64,000 bases of DNA from Octopus vulgaris. Taxonomy: Eukaryota. The notes beneath the pieces are model-generated. The model had not been told where the DNA came from. It searched no databases and saw nothing but the letters and a program-made list of their open reading frames with translations. The stretch spans positions 107,384,001 through 107,448,000 of the forward strand of contig OX597818.1 of NCBI GenBank assembly GCA_951406725.2. Direction: 5' to 3'. Position 1 is the first letter of the stretch. The number at the start of each line of letters is the position of its first letter. The position numbers and the translations under genes were made by a program. Below are positions 26,566 to 39,830 of this stretch, one piece after another.

Positions 26566-26899
26566 GTAATAACGTTTTTAGACATGTAACTTAAGGCAGA
26601 AATTAGCATTAATCTAATAGCTTTTGTAACCGGAATACTTTGCTAACATTAATTGAAGCCACCCCACCAAAGAAGGATACAACAACGACCTTCAAACTTG
26701 TCTTTGAATATTCCAGAAAATAGTGCAGCAAAACAAATAGAAAGTTTCATCTGAAGACTAAGATGGAGAATCTACCACCACAAACACCACAAACACTACA
26801 AACATGATGAATATCCATGGATTGAAGGCAGTTGAATGTCCACTCTTTAATCCATTACAACAATCTTTAGAAGATGAACCATTCGAAATGATCAAGGAA

Positions 26900-27620
26900 A
26901 TGAGATCAAACAAATGAATGAACACAGTGTGGAGAGAGAGCTGAAGCAGAAAATCGACAACAAAAAAGAAGCTCAAATTTGTTTGGAAAATTGAACAAGA
27001 CAAGCATTATCTACCAGATGATTCAAGCTTCTTACAACTGTTTCCCTCCTAGCACAACCTCTAACACATACAAAAACAAAAGCAAAATGTATGTCTTTAA
27101 ATTACTTAAACGCCACAGCCAAAAATATAACCACAAACTTAAAAATTTAAGACAGCAGCTAACTTATCACCCAAATGCCAATATAACAATACTGCGGCTC
27201 ATAAACCTAACTTCCATAACAATTCTACTGTCAAACTAATAAACAGCCAGACTTGGGCATCATTAAAAAATCATCGGTCCGTTTATGTCCAAAATAGAAG
27301 TACACTCGATATTACCAACCGTTCCTTCAGTATAAAAAGAAATGTCATAACCTGAATTTGGCCTTGATTGTTACACTTTTACTTCCACACATCACTGAAC
27401 CCCAAACAGTAATAAAATTCCTATCTCAAACCAAAATAAACTTCCTCACTCCTTCCTCTTCAATTGCTATCTGCACCCACCCTAATTACATTTGGGGGCA
27501 TCTCCAGAACTCCTAAAAAAACAACTTGGCAGTTGTCTATATAAAAGCAAAAACGAATGAAATCAAGCACAGTCTGATGAAGGCAAGCAAGCCAAAATTC
27601 AAAGACACTGTCAAACTTTT
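26900..27620 (+). mobile_element. Probable decayed Penelope-like element ending in a degenerate hammerhead
   Basis: A/C-rich ORF remnant (KLKNLRQQ...RLINLTSITIL) and terminal ACAGT-CTGATGA-AGGC..GCC-AAAA..ACTGT at 27569-27611. Confidence 0.4.
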
Positions 27621-27647
27621 CTTTGAAATATATATATATATATATAT

Positions 27648-27930
27648 CATCATCATCATCATCATCATCGTTTAACGTCCGCTTTCCATGCTAGCATGGG
27701 TTGGACGATTTGACTGAGGTCTGGTTCGCCAGACTCCAATCTGATCTAGCAGAGTTTCTACAGCTGGATGCCCTTCCTAACGCCAACCACTCCAAGAGTG
27801 TAGTGGGTGCTTTTACGTGCCACCAGCACGAGAGTCAGTTAGGTGGTACTGGCATCGGCCATGCTCAAATGGTGCTTTTTATGTACCACCTGCACAGGAG
27901 CCAGTCCAGCGGCACTGGCAACGACCTCGT
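27648..27930 (-). mobile_element. RTE LINE 3' UTR and tail
   Basis: (CAT)nCGTTTAACGTCCGCTTTCCATGCTAGCATGGG... with UTR repeat units. Confidence 0.88.
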
Positions 27931-28034
27931 TCAAATAATATATATTGTTAATGTATTATATATCTGAAAAAGAAGCAAATTCTAAAGCATAGAGCAGTAA
28001 TGTATTTATAGGTAGTAAAGTCTACTTCTGGTGA

Positions 28035-28098
28035 TAGAGTGACCAATGGTTTCGCACCCATAAAGGGCTTAGCCCCATGGACATCTCGTCAGACTCTA
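28035..28098 (-). ncRNA. Type I hammerhead ribozyme motif
   Basis: Minus strand: TAGAGT-CTGACGA-[stem II]-GAAA-CC-ATT-GG-TC-ACTCTA; 6 bp stem I, full core, GUC cleavage triplet. Confidence 0.75.
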
Positions 28099-29646
28099 AA
28101 GCTGAAGACAAACGTAACTTTTCATCTCTGCCTCCCAGAGGCATATGACTGGACATAGACTTAATTACATAGAAATAAAAAGATATGTATAACGTTATAT
28201 TATATTATATTGTATTGTATACACTTTGTTGCTAAAATTTGCAAACCCCAAATTGTCATAGTGTCTATTTATATCACAATCAACTGGAAATCGCATTAGG
28301 TATGTGGTTCAGTTCTTGTTTCATTGCATGAACCTTCACCCCTTTAAGGATAAGAGTGGGACTGGAATTTAAACAAAAACGGTTTTAATCATAGCAATAT
28401 TACCGATTTAAGCTAGAGAAGGATCTAGATAGATTGTTGTGATGAAGTGCACAATACAACAGCTCATGCCATTCATTTTGAACTGTTGTTGTTGAGTCAG
28501 TAAAACGTATAAAACAGTTATATCTGAAAGAACATAATATTTGTGCCACTACTTAAAAAAAAAGCAAACACATTCTGCTACTTGCACAATCGGCAGCCAA
28601 ATGCTTCGAAGTATTAATATTTGGAAGTAGTTTCAGAAGAGATAGCAATCATATTTCATTGAACCCTATTTTTATTTTAGAACAAGAACTAAAAGAGATG
28701 TTGATTAGATAAGAGAAATTTAGGAAGGAAAAAAGTAGAAAGAGCGGATAAGATAAACTGTAGTAGTGGTGGTTGAAGGAGAGAGAAGTGGAGGCTGAGG
28801 CGGTGGTAGTGGTGATGGGAGTGGAGAAAGATAAATCGGAGAAGGAGAGATATTGAATAACAACAAAGCTGACCTGCAGGAATTGCAGATAAGAGGCACT
28901 AAAATTGTAGTTTTTCTGCGAATTTGGAAATAGTAAGAGTTATATATATACATATATATATATGTACAAGCACACATTCAAATGCATGCGCATATCTTTG
29001 TGTGCACATGTATGTATATATATATATATATGTATATATGTATATGTATGTATATATATATATGTATGTATATATGTATATTTGTATGAATATTTACATA
29101 TTTGTATGTATATATATATGTTAAATATATATATATATATGTATGTATATATGTGTGTGTGTGTATGTATATATATACATACATAGAATATGTACATGTA
29201 TATATTTATAAATATATGCATACACACATACAAGCATGCATACATTAACATTATATATTTATAAAACATCAACACCGACAACAACGTTAGTGATAATAAT
29301 AATATTTTTCTTTATGAGCCACAGGGTCTGAAAGAGATACAAAAAATACGAAACTTTCACTAAAAGCTACAAGGAAAGAGAGGATAATGTGGAGCGTTGA
29401 AAATACCTTTACAAATTAAGAAGAGAGGTAATAAGAGATGTTACACAATACACAGAAAGATGCATTAAGAATACTAAAGGTATGCATACACACACACACA
29501 CACATATGTGTTCATTTTTCTCTCCAAACACTCACACACACACACACACGCATGCATGCACCCATGCACGCGTGCATACATACATACATACATACATACA
29601 TACATACATACATACAAACACAAATTCATACACATATATTTACATG

Positions 29647-29786
29647 TAGCGGTTCGGCAAAAGAGACCGATAGAATAAGTACTGGGCTTACAAAGAATAA
29701 GTCCCGGGGTTGATTTGCTCGACTAAAGGCGGTGCTCCAGCATGGCCGCAGTCAATTGACTGAAACAAGTAAAAGAGTAAAAGAGT
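29647..29786 (+). mobile_element. SINE family A 3' portion, low divergence
   Basis: TAGCGGTTCGGCAAAAGAGACCGATAGAATAAGTAC...GACTGAAACAAGTAAAAGAGTAAAAGAGT; CpGs retained. Confidence 0.85.
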
Positions 29787-31602
29787 ACATAATAATTAAA
29801 ACATGATATGATTTAAAGAACAAAACATGAAAGATTTTTGTGGGGGGTTGAACTGGGCCCTCTTCTCAAATTGTCTTTAAATGCAATGAAATGCACCACC
29901 AAGTAGTTTGTGAGACATTTGGCCTTGAAAAGTTACAGGATTGTTTTTGTTTTAAATTCGGGCAAAATGTCTTGATTTTAATTTTACTTGAAATCTATCT
30001 GTTCCCTATTGTTTATATCCCTGAACTCAATTGCTTAGGTCGGTGGCACCCAAGAGGAATAACTTTGTCTATCAACTGTTAATTTGATTTCTGAAGAATG
30101 GTGAATCATTGTTCATTTTATTCTTTTCGTTTTCTCCATTATTTTCCCTGGGAGGGATTCATTGTTGAGTAGGAGACATTATTCCACCTATTTCGTTGTT
30201 TCATGTTTAGTCTTCTCTGAGATTCAATTCCTATTTTTTTCTCTTTTCACTAAGCATTTTTGAATTTCATCTTCACCTATTATTATTTCCTCTTCATCAC
30301 ACAACTGAAGTGTGGTATTACAGGTTGGTGTTGTTAGGAGGGAGGCATTTGCTCATCTGTTTGAGATTCATGGCCAAACAGCATTTGCCATCCCCAGAGA
30401 TTTTGATTAGTGGTGCTCTAGACTTTGCTCTTTGTTATTTTTCCTTTATGTTTTTGTTTACTCTTCTTAGTTTTACCGAGCACTCAATCTTACGATGTAT
30501 TTTACTCAAATACAGCACTTAGGCTTTCTTCCCTGTATCACTAATCTTATGGCCTTTTCTTGGCCCTCTCTGCCTTGCACAGTTTCGATAATGCTCTGTT
30601 GTCTTCAGGTGTCTTTAGAATTTGCAAGTGCTTTTCAGTGCCCCTGATCACTGTTCACCTTTCATTACATTGCCTTAATTATTCTCCCTTACCAAAGCAC
30701 AAAAGTCAGTCACTGTTAGCCATGGGTCTAAGTCATTTCTAATGCCTTTTATAAGAACTCTTGTATTTCTTTGACCCAGATACTGGAACACAAATATATA
30801 GTCAGAGGTATAGTCTGACAATTTTTAACCACTGCTTTTGCTGTCTTCAAATTTAAACATACAGAAGAAAATGTTTACTTCTTTCAATTGCGATAATATC
30901 CCCCAGTATGTTATGAAGAACTTGCGTTGTTTTTAAGTTTATCTCTACAGATTTTCAGGGCTAGTTCCAAATTCTACAGAACTAGGACTTATAAAGTATT
31001 GACTTATAAAACTCTAATAAATCTGGAAGAATATATTATGGTTGCAAAACGAAATACTGAACCCCTAGCAGCAGTTAACTTTTATTTTATGACATGGGGG
31101 GAAATTGAATCTATTTTTATCTTTTCTTGAACAGATATACTTAACCTTCTTCTTTGGCCTCTCATAGATCATCCCATTTGACGAAGCAGTGCTGTTGGGT
31201 TTTACAAAATCCTCTCATCTATTTTGTTTCTTGCATATGTGATCGACCAAAATATTCCATCTGCTCATTTTGTATTGAGAGAAAGCTTCTACCTTCATGC
31301 AGCTGCTACATGAATGGGCCATAGCTTTTGGAATTGTCTAAGAGTTGCTATTGCAATTGTGGTTGGTATTATGGCTGTTGCTTTCTAATTTACATTTTTG
31401 TGACATCTTATTTTACGAATTGTTCACTAAAGTACTTTTTTCTCTTCATCTTCTTGTACATTTAATTGTGAGCTTTGATTTTGTATTGTATTTTAGCGAT
31501 TGAAGTATTTTGCTGTTGGGTATATTTATGGGTGATTGCCATTTTGGATGAGGAAAATAATTTGAGTAAAGAAAAATTTAAAAAGTTTGTGACACAATCC
31601 TC

Positions 31603-31640
<38 letters not shown>

Positions 31641-31899
31641 TGGTTGTCAACCCTCAGGTGTCAAGAATAGGCTTTCCTAAGGGAATTCTAGGTTGTTTTT
31701 TAACAAATACTCCAAAGAAAATTTCATCTGGTAATACTTGAATAAAACATGTTTTGAAGAGAGATTCAAAAATGTCTTTATACGAGAATCAAAGATAACA
31801 ACAACAGCAATAACAACAGCAGCAACAACAACAATAATAAACAACATAAGATAAAGTTCATGCTATCAACCAGTATGAGAACGAGCAGTGACTACAATC

Positions 31900-32270
31900 A
31901 ATCAGCATTATCATCAAAGATAGCACCATTAATTTTGTCATCATGTCCACTATCGTTGTTGTCATCATCATGAACAGAATCCTGGCCAAGACTATTACCT
32001 TATCAGCATCATTATTTCCACATCTAATGCCATCTTTATCATCGCCAACAGCAATGCAACCAGCATATTATAACCGTCACTGCCATCCTCACAACCACCA
32101 ACATCTTTAATGTCATTATGGATACCAAATGCCACTCCCACCATACCACTGCCACTACTTCCACCACCACCACCATCATTATCTTTAATATCACTGTGAG
32201 CATCGCTACCACCACCAACGTATAATCATTCCCATAACCATTACTGTCAGCAATGACTACAAAAATGAAA
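31900..32270. repeat. Degenerate (CAT/CAC)n low-complexity tract
   Basis: Direct reading. Confidence 0.7.
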
Positions 32271-32597
32271 CCATTTGAATCAACAACAATGCTTCTATGC
32301 AGTTATACAGTCTACTAGAAATAGCAACCAAATTTTCTTCAAATCCCATTCTACCTTCTTTAAATAGAAATAACACCGACAATGCTGAGCGTAGAGTTTG
32401 CAGAGATTGATAACAATGGTTCTCCACTGTTGTTTTCTTTGTGACTCCCTCTTTGAAGTTCTTGTGGTGGCCACGGTGAAGACAGAATAATTAAAGGAAT
32501 TAGGAACAGGATAATTGCCATTGTGCAACAGAGTCTTTTTTAGAACTCTACATCTCAGCACAGTGCTTTATATTAATCAGTTAATTGACTCTATGGC

Positions 32598-32892
32598 CAA
32601 TGGTGGACTGGGTCTAAAAATATTGGTTGCCAGGAGACAAAGAGGGCCCACCAGCAACTACAATGCTATCATTTATTTATTTATATTTTTGCTAAAAGTA
32701 TTCTTTTCAACTGTCTACAAACACAACCAGGCTGAAATAATTAATGCATTCTTCCAGGAGTGAATAAAATATTCTCAAACTTGAGGGGATGGGTCCCTTA
32801 GATACTAACATGTGGCCCCATATATGGATTCTAATGGTGCAAGAGCCCACTTGCCATCAGGCAAGCTGGCAACATGGCTAAGTCCACCACTG
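32598..32892. mobile_element. hAT-like MITE
   Basis: Termini CAATGGTGGACT and AGTCCACCACTG are inverted repeats; 8 bp flanks TCTATGGC and GTTATGGC match 6 of 8. Confidence 0.65.
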
Positions 32893-33252
32893 GTTATGGC
32901 AATGTTTGTGCACACTGGTTTCTATGGAAAGAGGTGTTGTAGATATTCCTGAGTAGTTAAGGATTATTGAAAAGGAAGCATCAGAGACTGTAGTGGGTAA
33001 GTCTTACTTTAGTAACAAATGGTAACATGTATGTTTGAGTGGCCTAGAATGGTGTCATTGCTTTTTTGTTCTTTGTAGCTTGATGTGAAGAGATTGGGTA
33101 GGGCTCCAGGTGGCACCGTTTATTGTCTACAAGGGATTCCATACATTGTTTTTGAGGAAATGTGAGATCTTTAAATGTGTTTAGTATGTTTGTGTATTGC
33201 AACATGTTTTCCTGCTGTCTTCCATGTTTCCTCTGAACATGATAGGCATGTT

Positions 33253-33965
33253 TATTATCATCAACATCATCATCAGCACCATCATCATCATCACCAACAC
33301 CACCACCACCACCATTACCAACTCCATCGTCATCATCACCATCACTACCAACAACAACTCTATGGCCACCACCACTACCAGCTCCATCATCTTCATCATC
33401 ATCATCATCATCATTGCTGCCTTCACCACCACCACCATCAACTTCATCATCATCATTGCCACCATACCACCACCACCACCACCACCTCCATCATCATCAT
33501 TGCTGCTACCACCACCAACACCACCACTACACCACCACCACCACACCACCAACTCCATCATCATCACCATCAGCATTGCTGCTATCACCACCTCCATCAC
33601 CACCTCCGTCATCATCATCATCATCAGCATCAGCGTCATCACCACCACCACCACCACCACCGCCAACTCCATCGTCATCATCACCATCACCACCAACAAC
33701 AACTCTATGGCCACCACCACCACCATCACCAACTCCATCATCTTCATCATCATCATTGCTGCCTTCACCACTTCCATCACCACCTCCATCATCATCATCA
33801 TCAGCATCATCGTCATCATCACCAACACCACCACGACCACTGCCAATTCCATCGTCATCATCATTGCTGCCTTCACCACCTCATCACCACCACCAACTTC
33901 ATTATCATCATCATCATTGCCACCATACTACCTCTTTCACCACCTCCATCATCATCATCATCATT
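33253..33965. repeat. (CAT/CAC)n trinucleotide tract with higher-order internal duplications
   Basis: Block CCAACTCCATCGTCATCATCACC...AACTCTATGGCCACC...TTGCTGCCTTCACCAC recurs at about 33317 and 33663, partially at 33843. Confidence 0.9.
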
Positions 33966-36945
33966 ATAATCAATTTTGTGCATAGGCAATATATGTGCCA
34001 TTGAGTGTGAATGATTGGTTTGGCTGGTGTTTCTTGGTAAGAAAGATGGTGACTCTGGCAGGTGACACTGTTTCAAGTTACGTTTCTAAGTGATTTATGT
34101 CAGATGAAATAGTTGTGAATATTTGGTAACAGAGAGAAAGGTGCTAAAACACTTTAATAGTAATTTTCATCAGAATGGTACCAAAAAAAAAAAAATTAAA
34201 AAATTAGCTCACGTAATCAAGATCAAAAGCTTCTGGCTGTAGTCATTAACTTCTGCATTTTTTTCTCAATTTATCAACCTGACTGCATTTGGAAAAAAAA
34301 AGTCTATCTTTTACAATTTTATTGGTGCTATTATCCATAATTTTAAAACTATAAAAACGTGTGTTCCACCAGTAGGACTTTTATATTTGTGCAAAATATG
34401 TGAGAATATTTTGCATAAATTTAAAAAATGAGATTTTATTGATGCCTGTTCTAAAAGTCCACAACCATGATTTTTATTAATATAACTTCATGATTAGGTG
34501 CTTTTAGTTAAAACCATTACACACTGTAAAAGCTCTGTTCGTAAATTATCAAGATATTTAATATACTTTCATACAGTTTACTTTAATTAGTTTGCGTCCA
34601 TTAAGTCATAGAAATATATGTAAATGACTTCCAGATGTCTGGCAAATTTGGGCAAATATTTTACATCTCATAGACTCTAAGTTGGATAATGGTTGTCTTG
34701 GCAAATTAGGAAAGCAGATTCTGCTTAAATAATTAAGTTATTTGCAAGACAATAACACTAGAACTTTCCTGTTGATGGAAAATATATTAACATATTTAAG
34801 AGAGCGCATCAAAAAAGCTAACTTGGAAACAATTATATGGCAAGGAAAAAGCTAATATTAGTCAATGACTAATATCAGTTTTATTCTTTCAGCAAGTACA
34901 AGAGATAACTTTGAACATGTTTTTGTCTTATCAAACCTCATCAGTTGAAGTTGTGATTTACTAAGTGAATATATAATAAGTACATTTGTAGGTATATAAA
35001 AATAGAAGTCTTTGTAGATTCTACATAAATACCAATAAAGTTTATGATCAATAGAAAACCATGATTATCATTGATTGAGTAAAAGATAAAGAAGGAAAGT
35101 GTTCTGGAGAATTCAATCCTGGGAAGAAATGAATGGTTAACGATTTTCCTACACGATCTGATAAGTAATTTAATGATGGAAATGAAGGGAAGAGGAACAC
35201 AAAATTATTATGATTCTCTGAGGTGGTGACTGCTCTGAATGATATGGAATAAATTAAAGAGTGTTGGAGTGTGAATGTGTACCTATCTAGTGGGTGTCTT
35301 TATGTCAATGCTATGTAGAATGTTGTTTATAAGGGTGGGTGTACTATCTTAGATATGTGAGAAAAATGCAAGTGAAGGCTGGAGGCAGATATTTTACAAG
35401 TGGAGACACTCAGACTGGGTGGTTTCATTTTTTGTATTCTTATGATACTAATTTACATGAGAAGCAGGAATCAGGATGAATGATTATTTTACAACTGATT
35501 TAGAATAATTAGAATGATAATTACAAAGAATACTCTATAAATTGCTGAATGAAGAATACATTGAGAACCACTGTTGGATAAATTCACAAAATGCTGTTTA
35601 GAAAGAATGTTGAATTTTCATACTGAGTCATCAGAACTGCGGTGATAGTAGAGGAACGGAATTCACTTAACATTCGATGGCCAAATCAATCAAAAATAGG
35701 TATTAAAGGAATAATTTTTCATTCTAAGCAGCAGGGTGGCATAATTGACATGTGCTCCATTAGTTTGACATGTTGAGCTCAAGAACAAAAACAGTCATAC
35801 TCAGCATGGTTTTAAAACTACCTCGGTGATCAAAGGACACAAGTCCAGTCTTACTACATTTACTACTGGTAGTTTTATGATATATCTTATAATGATGAAA
35901 TTTCTCGATTAGATTAACAGTAGATCAACTATGATCTTTCATGCAAAAAGGGAAATGAAAGAAAAGATGACATGTATAAATCTCCTGGATTAGGCGAGTT
36001 TAACATAGGAATCAAAAGTCCATCAGTTTAACTGGCTCAGAAATTGTATCAGTTTTATGAAATGGTAATTATTTCTGTAAAACTCTGGATTTTAACAGAT
36101 AAGCAAAGCATATGAGACATTAAACAAAAGAAATAAATGGTTGAAATGCTGCAGCAACCAATTAATTTTAGGTTTGAGTAATGAGAATAAAGTTCCAAAA
36201 CCAGTGTAAAATGGAGATCCTTTGTGTATGTGGAGTTTATTCAGTCCCAGTTGCCTGTATGGTGGGACAATAAAAGATGCAATCCAACAAAGAACTAAAC
36301 TTATCTAAAGGAATGTAAAAGTATTACGATAGCAGAAAATCACTGAGAAGAAAAGAAGCAATAATTTAAAAAGAACATTTTTTCTGGCACCATGTCTGTG
36401 ACAAAGGATTACCTAAGCCTCATAAGATCCCAATACTTCACACATATTCAAAAGTCAATGCATAAATAATGTAGTCTTTGTATATAAATGTTTTATTTAT
36501 GCAAGTTGTTAGGCAATAAATTCATTTTCAATCTCTAGTATTATCATATGTAAGCGCTTTACCTTCGAAATCCCTCAACTAAATCACACATCAATCAAAT
36601 TAATGTAAAAATGAGAAAAGAAAGAAAAATATTTGAAATAATGTAAATCAATATCTATAGAAACGAAAAGAATTTTGATAGAAATAAAGAAAATGCATTA
36701 AAGAAATAAAGAAATACATTAAAGTCTTCAGTACTTAAGATAAAGATGGGAAGCTGCAACGAGTTTTCCTCTTGGTTCTTTTTTTTTTTTTTGGTTTTTT
36801 ACATTTTCAATTTCCTTTTATTGTGTGGAACACAATCTGTCATTAATAAGAAAAAACTCAATCCTCAAAAATTCTTTGTATGCATAAGATGCATATACAT
36901 ACATACTTATTCATACCTAAATATATATGTATATATGTGTGTGTG

Positions 36946-36981
<36 letters not shown>

Positions 36982-37692
36982 TACACATACACATACTGAG
37001 AGTGAAAGCAAGAGAGATCAAATAGATTGTTGACCACAATACGACCTTTTAGATTAGTGCAAATAGACTCTTATTTATTAATTGGAATTAAAGATATAGA
37101 TCTCTGATCTTACAATCACCACCATCTTCAGAATATCTTGCAGGTGTCTTCCTCATTGTTTTCAATTCGATTAGACTAGCAAATTGAAATACCAAATGAC
37201 TTAATTGTCAGAGATGTCAATAATGCCATCTCTCATTGGTCTACAGTCAGTCTCCAATGTACTTACCAAATCTCTAACTCGTCATGCTGCAATTTGGCAT
37301 CGACACTCCACAAGCATCAGAAATTTCTCCAGTTTAGCAATTATATTATCGTTATTATTATAACAAAGGCATTATTATTGCCAAATTGACAGCAGTCAAG
37401 TAAGTGAGGAATTATTTTCAAATTCGAAGGCAATCACACATTAGTCAAACTAGTTTGCTATTTAATTCTAAATATTCTAGTATTGAGAACAATGTATGTG
37501 TTGATTCAATACATATATATTTATACACACACACATATATAGATATACAGATATACATCCAAATATATAAACATATATACATATATATCTATATATATAT
37601 TAGAAAAAATGAGGTATTTCTTCTAATATATAATACCTGTACATCATCTCCGAACCTTCTGATATATATATATATGTATGTATGTATATATG

Positions 37693-37804
<112 letters not shown>

Positions 37805-37806
37805 GA

Positions 37807-38133
37807 TCATCATCATCATCATCATCATCATTTAGCGTCCGCTTTCCATGCTAGCATGGGTTGGACGGTTCAACTGGGGTCTGGGAAGCCAGAAGGCTGC
37901 ATCAGGCCCAGTCTGATCTGGCAGTGTTTCTAAGGCTGGATGCCCTTCCTAACGCCAACCACTCCATGAGTGTAGTGGGTGCTTTTTACGTGCCACCCAC
38001 ACAGGTGCCAGACGGGGCTGGCAAACGGCCACGGACGGATGGTGCTTTTTACGTGCCACCGGCACAGGGGCCAGGCGAGGCTAGCAATGGCCACGATTGG
38101 ATGGTGCTTTTTACGTGTCACCGGCACGGGGGC
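37807..38133 (-). mobile_element. RTE LINE 3' UTR and tail, young
   Basis: Closely matches the reverse complement of about 49330-49647; CpG-rich. Confidence 0.9.
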
Positions 38134-38134
38134 T

Positions 38135-38310
38135 AGTGTATAAACAAAGACGAAGACAAGTGTATAAACAACAAACAGGTGTATTAGTTTAGTGCTCGGG
38201 AAGGTGAGAAAATATTTTATGTTTCAAGCCTATGCTCTTCAACAGAGAGGAACATGAGGAAATAAACAGAGAGCAAATAAAAAAACTTTTGGAGCTAGCA
38301 GTCAATCATG
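38135..38310 (-). mobile_element. Short repeat family H1 with variant hammerhead-like core
   Basis: Reverse complement of 55605-55792 and 60346-60535; minus strand CTGTTGAAGAGCATAGGCTTGAAAC. Confidence 0.65.
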
Positions 38311-38497
38311 GTGGCTGGATGGGCAGAGGTAATTAAATAGAAGAGCTGAGAAGAAATATAGACATACATATATATATATATATATATATTTATTATATAA
38401 ATTAATTTTACTCTGCTATGTATTGAGTACCTTACTTACTGTGGTTAACCCCGAATCAACCCGGGACCTACATATATATATATATATATATATATAC

Positions 38498-38695
38498 AGT
38501 TAATCCAAACAAGAAAGCACAAAAAAACACAACAACGCGAGGACGTGGAACAAATATAGTATTATTGGATGCTCAGGAAAGAAGGAGGGTTTAACGTTTC
38601 GAGCGGAGCTCTTCGTTGGAAACATAGGAGAAGGAAAGATCCAGAGAAGGGAAGACAGAGGAAAAAAAATCGCCACCGGTACGCACGAGGTCACA
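38498..38695 (-). mobile_element. Short repeat family H2 in (TA)n, with minimal hammerhead-like motif
   Basis: Second copy at 50836-51030; minus strand GTTT-CCAACGA-A-GAGC-TCC-GCTC-GAAA-CG-TT-AAAC at 38589-38623. Confidence 0.7.
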
Positions 38696-38898
38696 TTATA
38701 TATATAAATGAAAAATGCATTGTAAATAAACTATGGCAAAAAACCAAAACTTTTAACTGATGAAGAATTAGAGACCCTCTGTGTCTTAAACGTATATGTT
38801 TATATTTGTCATCATTTACTTACAACACATTTTTTTCATTTATGTAGTAATGATATGCAGCACACAACCAATGGTTATAAACAGTAATTTTATGTATG

Positions 38899-38939
<41 letters not shown>

Positions 38940-38951
38940 CTGTTTGTGGCA

Positions 38952-39185
38952 TATGAGGTGCATTCAAAGAGTGTCTGATTTATTTTCCCCTCCGAAACTA
39001 ATGCCACATGGGCAAAATCCTTTAGGTGGAAGGTGACACCACCCCCTCCTACACATGTGAGAAAATTTTTATGTCGGTAGATTGCATAATTTCTCAGCTG
39101 TTACCCTTAGCATACAACTGTGTAGCACACACTTGCTGGATTTTCATTTTCAAGCAAGATGACAAAACAAATTGAGCAAAGACCA
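38952..39185 (+). mobile_element. Mariner transposon 5' end fragment
   Basis: TA-TGAGGTGCATTCAAAGAGT resembles a mariner TIR; followed by ATG...ATTGAGCAAAGA (IEQR), typical of mariner transposase starts. Confidence 0.5.
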
Positions 39186-39318
39186 TAATACAATATATCC
39201 TTCGTAATGTATTTTTACATTCCAATTTTATATAAACATACATATTTATATACATATATACATACGGTCGAACAATGATGATGATGATGCCTTGGCACTT
39301 TACTGCCATCTCTCTATC

Positions 39319-39355
<37 letters not shown>

Positions 39356-39544
39356 GTCTGCTTGTCTCTGTCTGTCTATCTCTCCCTCTGTCTAGCTGGG
39401 TAACAATGACCCTCCTTAACAGCAAGACATCTGTCTCTGCTTCTCTGTCTCTCTGTCACACATTATCCTTCCATCATTTGAGAAAAAAATCACCTGCTCC
39501 AATTCCCCCCTCCCCTCTCCAAGAGTCTTTGTGTTGCAACTTAC

Positions 39545-39830
39545 TCGGTGAACCTGCCAGCGTTGGTGCCATGTAAAAGGCACCCAGTCCACACTGTAAA
39601 GTGGTTGGCATTTCAAAGGGCATCCAGCTGTAAAAACCTTGCCAGAACTGACCTCGTCTGTGTTGCTGCCACTCTGCATGGTTGTTCATGTTAGGAAGGG
39701 CCTCCAGCCATAAAAACCATGCCAAAACAGACACAGAAGTATGGTACAGTCTTGTACCTGGCCAGCTCCTGTCAAACCATCCAACGCATGCCAGCATGGA
39801 AAGCAGATGTTAAACAATGATGATAATGAT
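39545..39830 (+). mobile_element. RTE-type 3' tail with duplicated terminal module
   Basis: AAGGGCATCCAGCTGTAAAAACCTTGCC and AAGGGCCTCCAGCCATAAAAACCATGCC in tandem, then (GAT)n. Confidence 0.8.

Noticed and set aside
33175-34004. Long His-rich, Ile/Thr-rich and Pro/Ser-rich ORFs up to 264 aa
   Set aside because: Translation of a CAT/CAC repeat that lacks stops in most frames; no domain, no splice support
34560-36400. Possible ancient LINE body
   Set aside because: Strand-biased composition only; no motif could be read with confidence
38757-38800. CTGATGAAG hammerhead candidate
   Set aside because: No GAAA and no stem I partner
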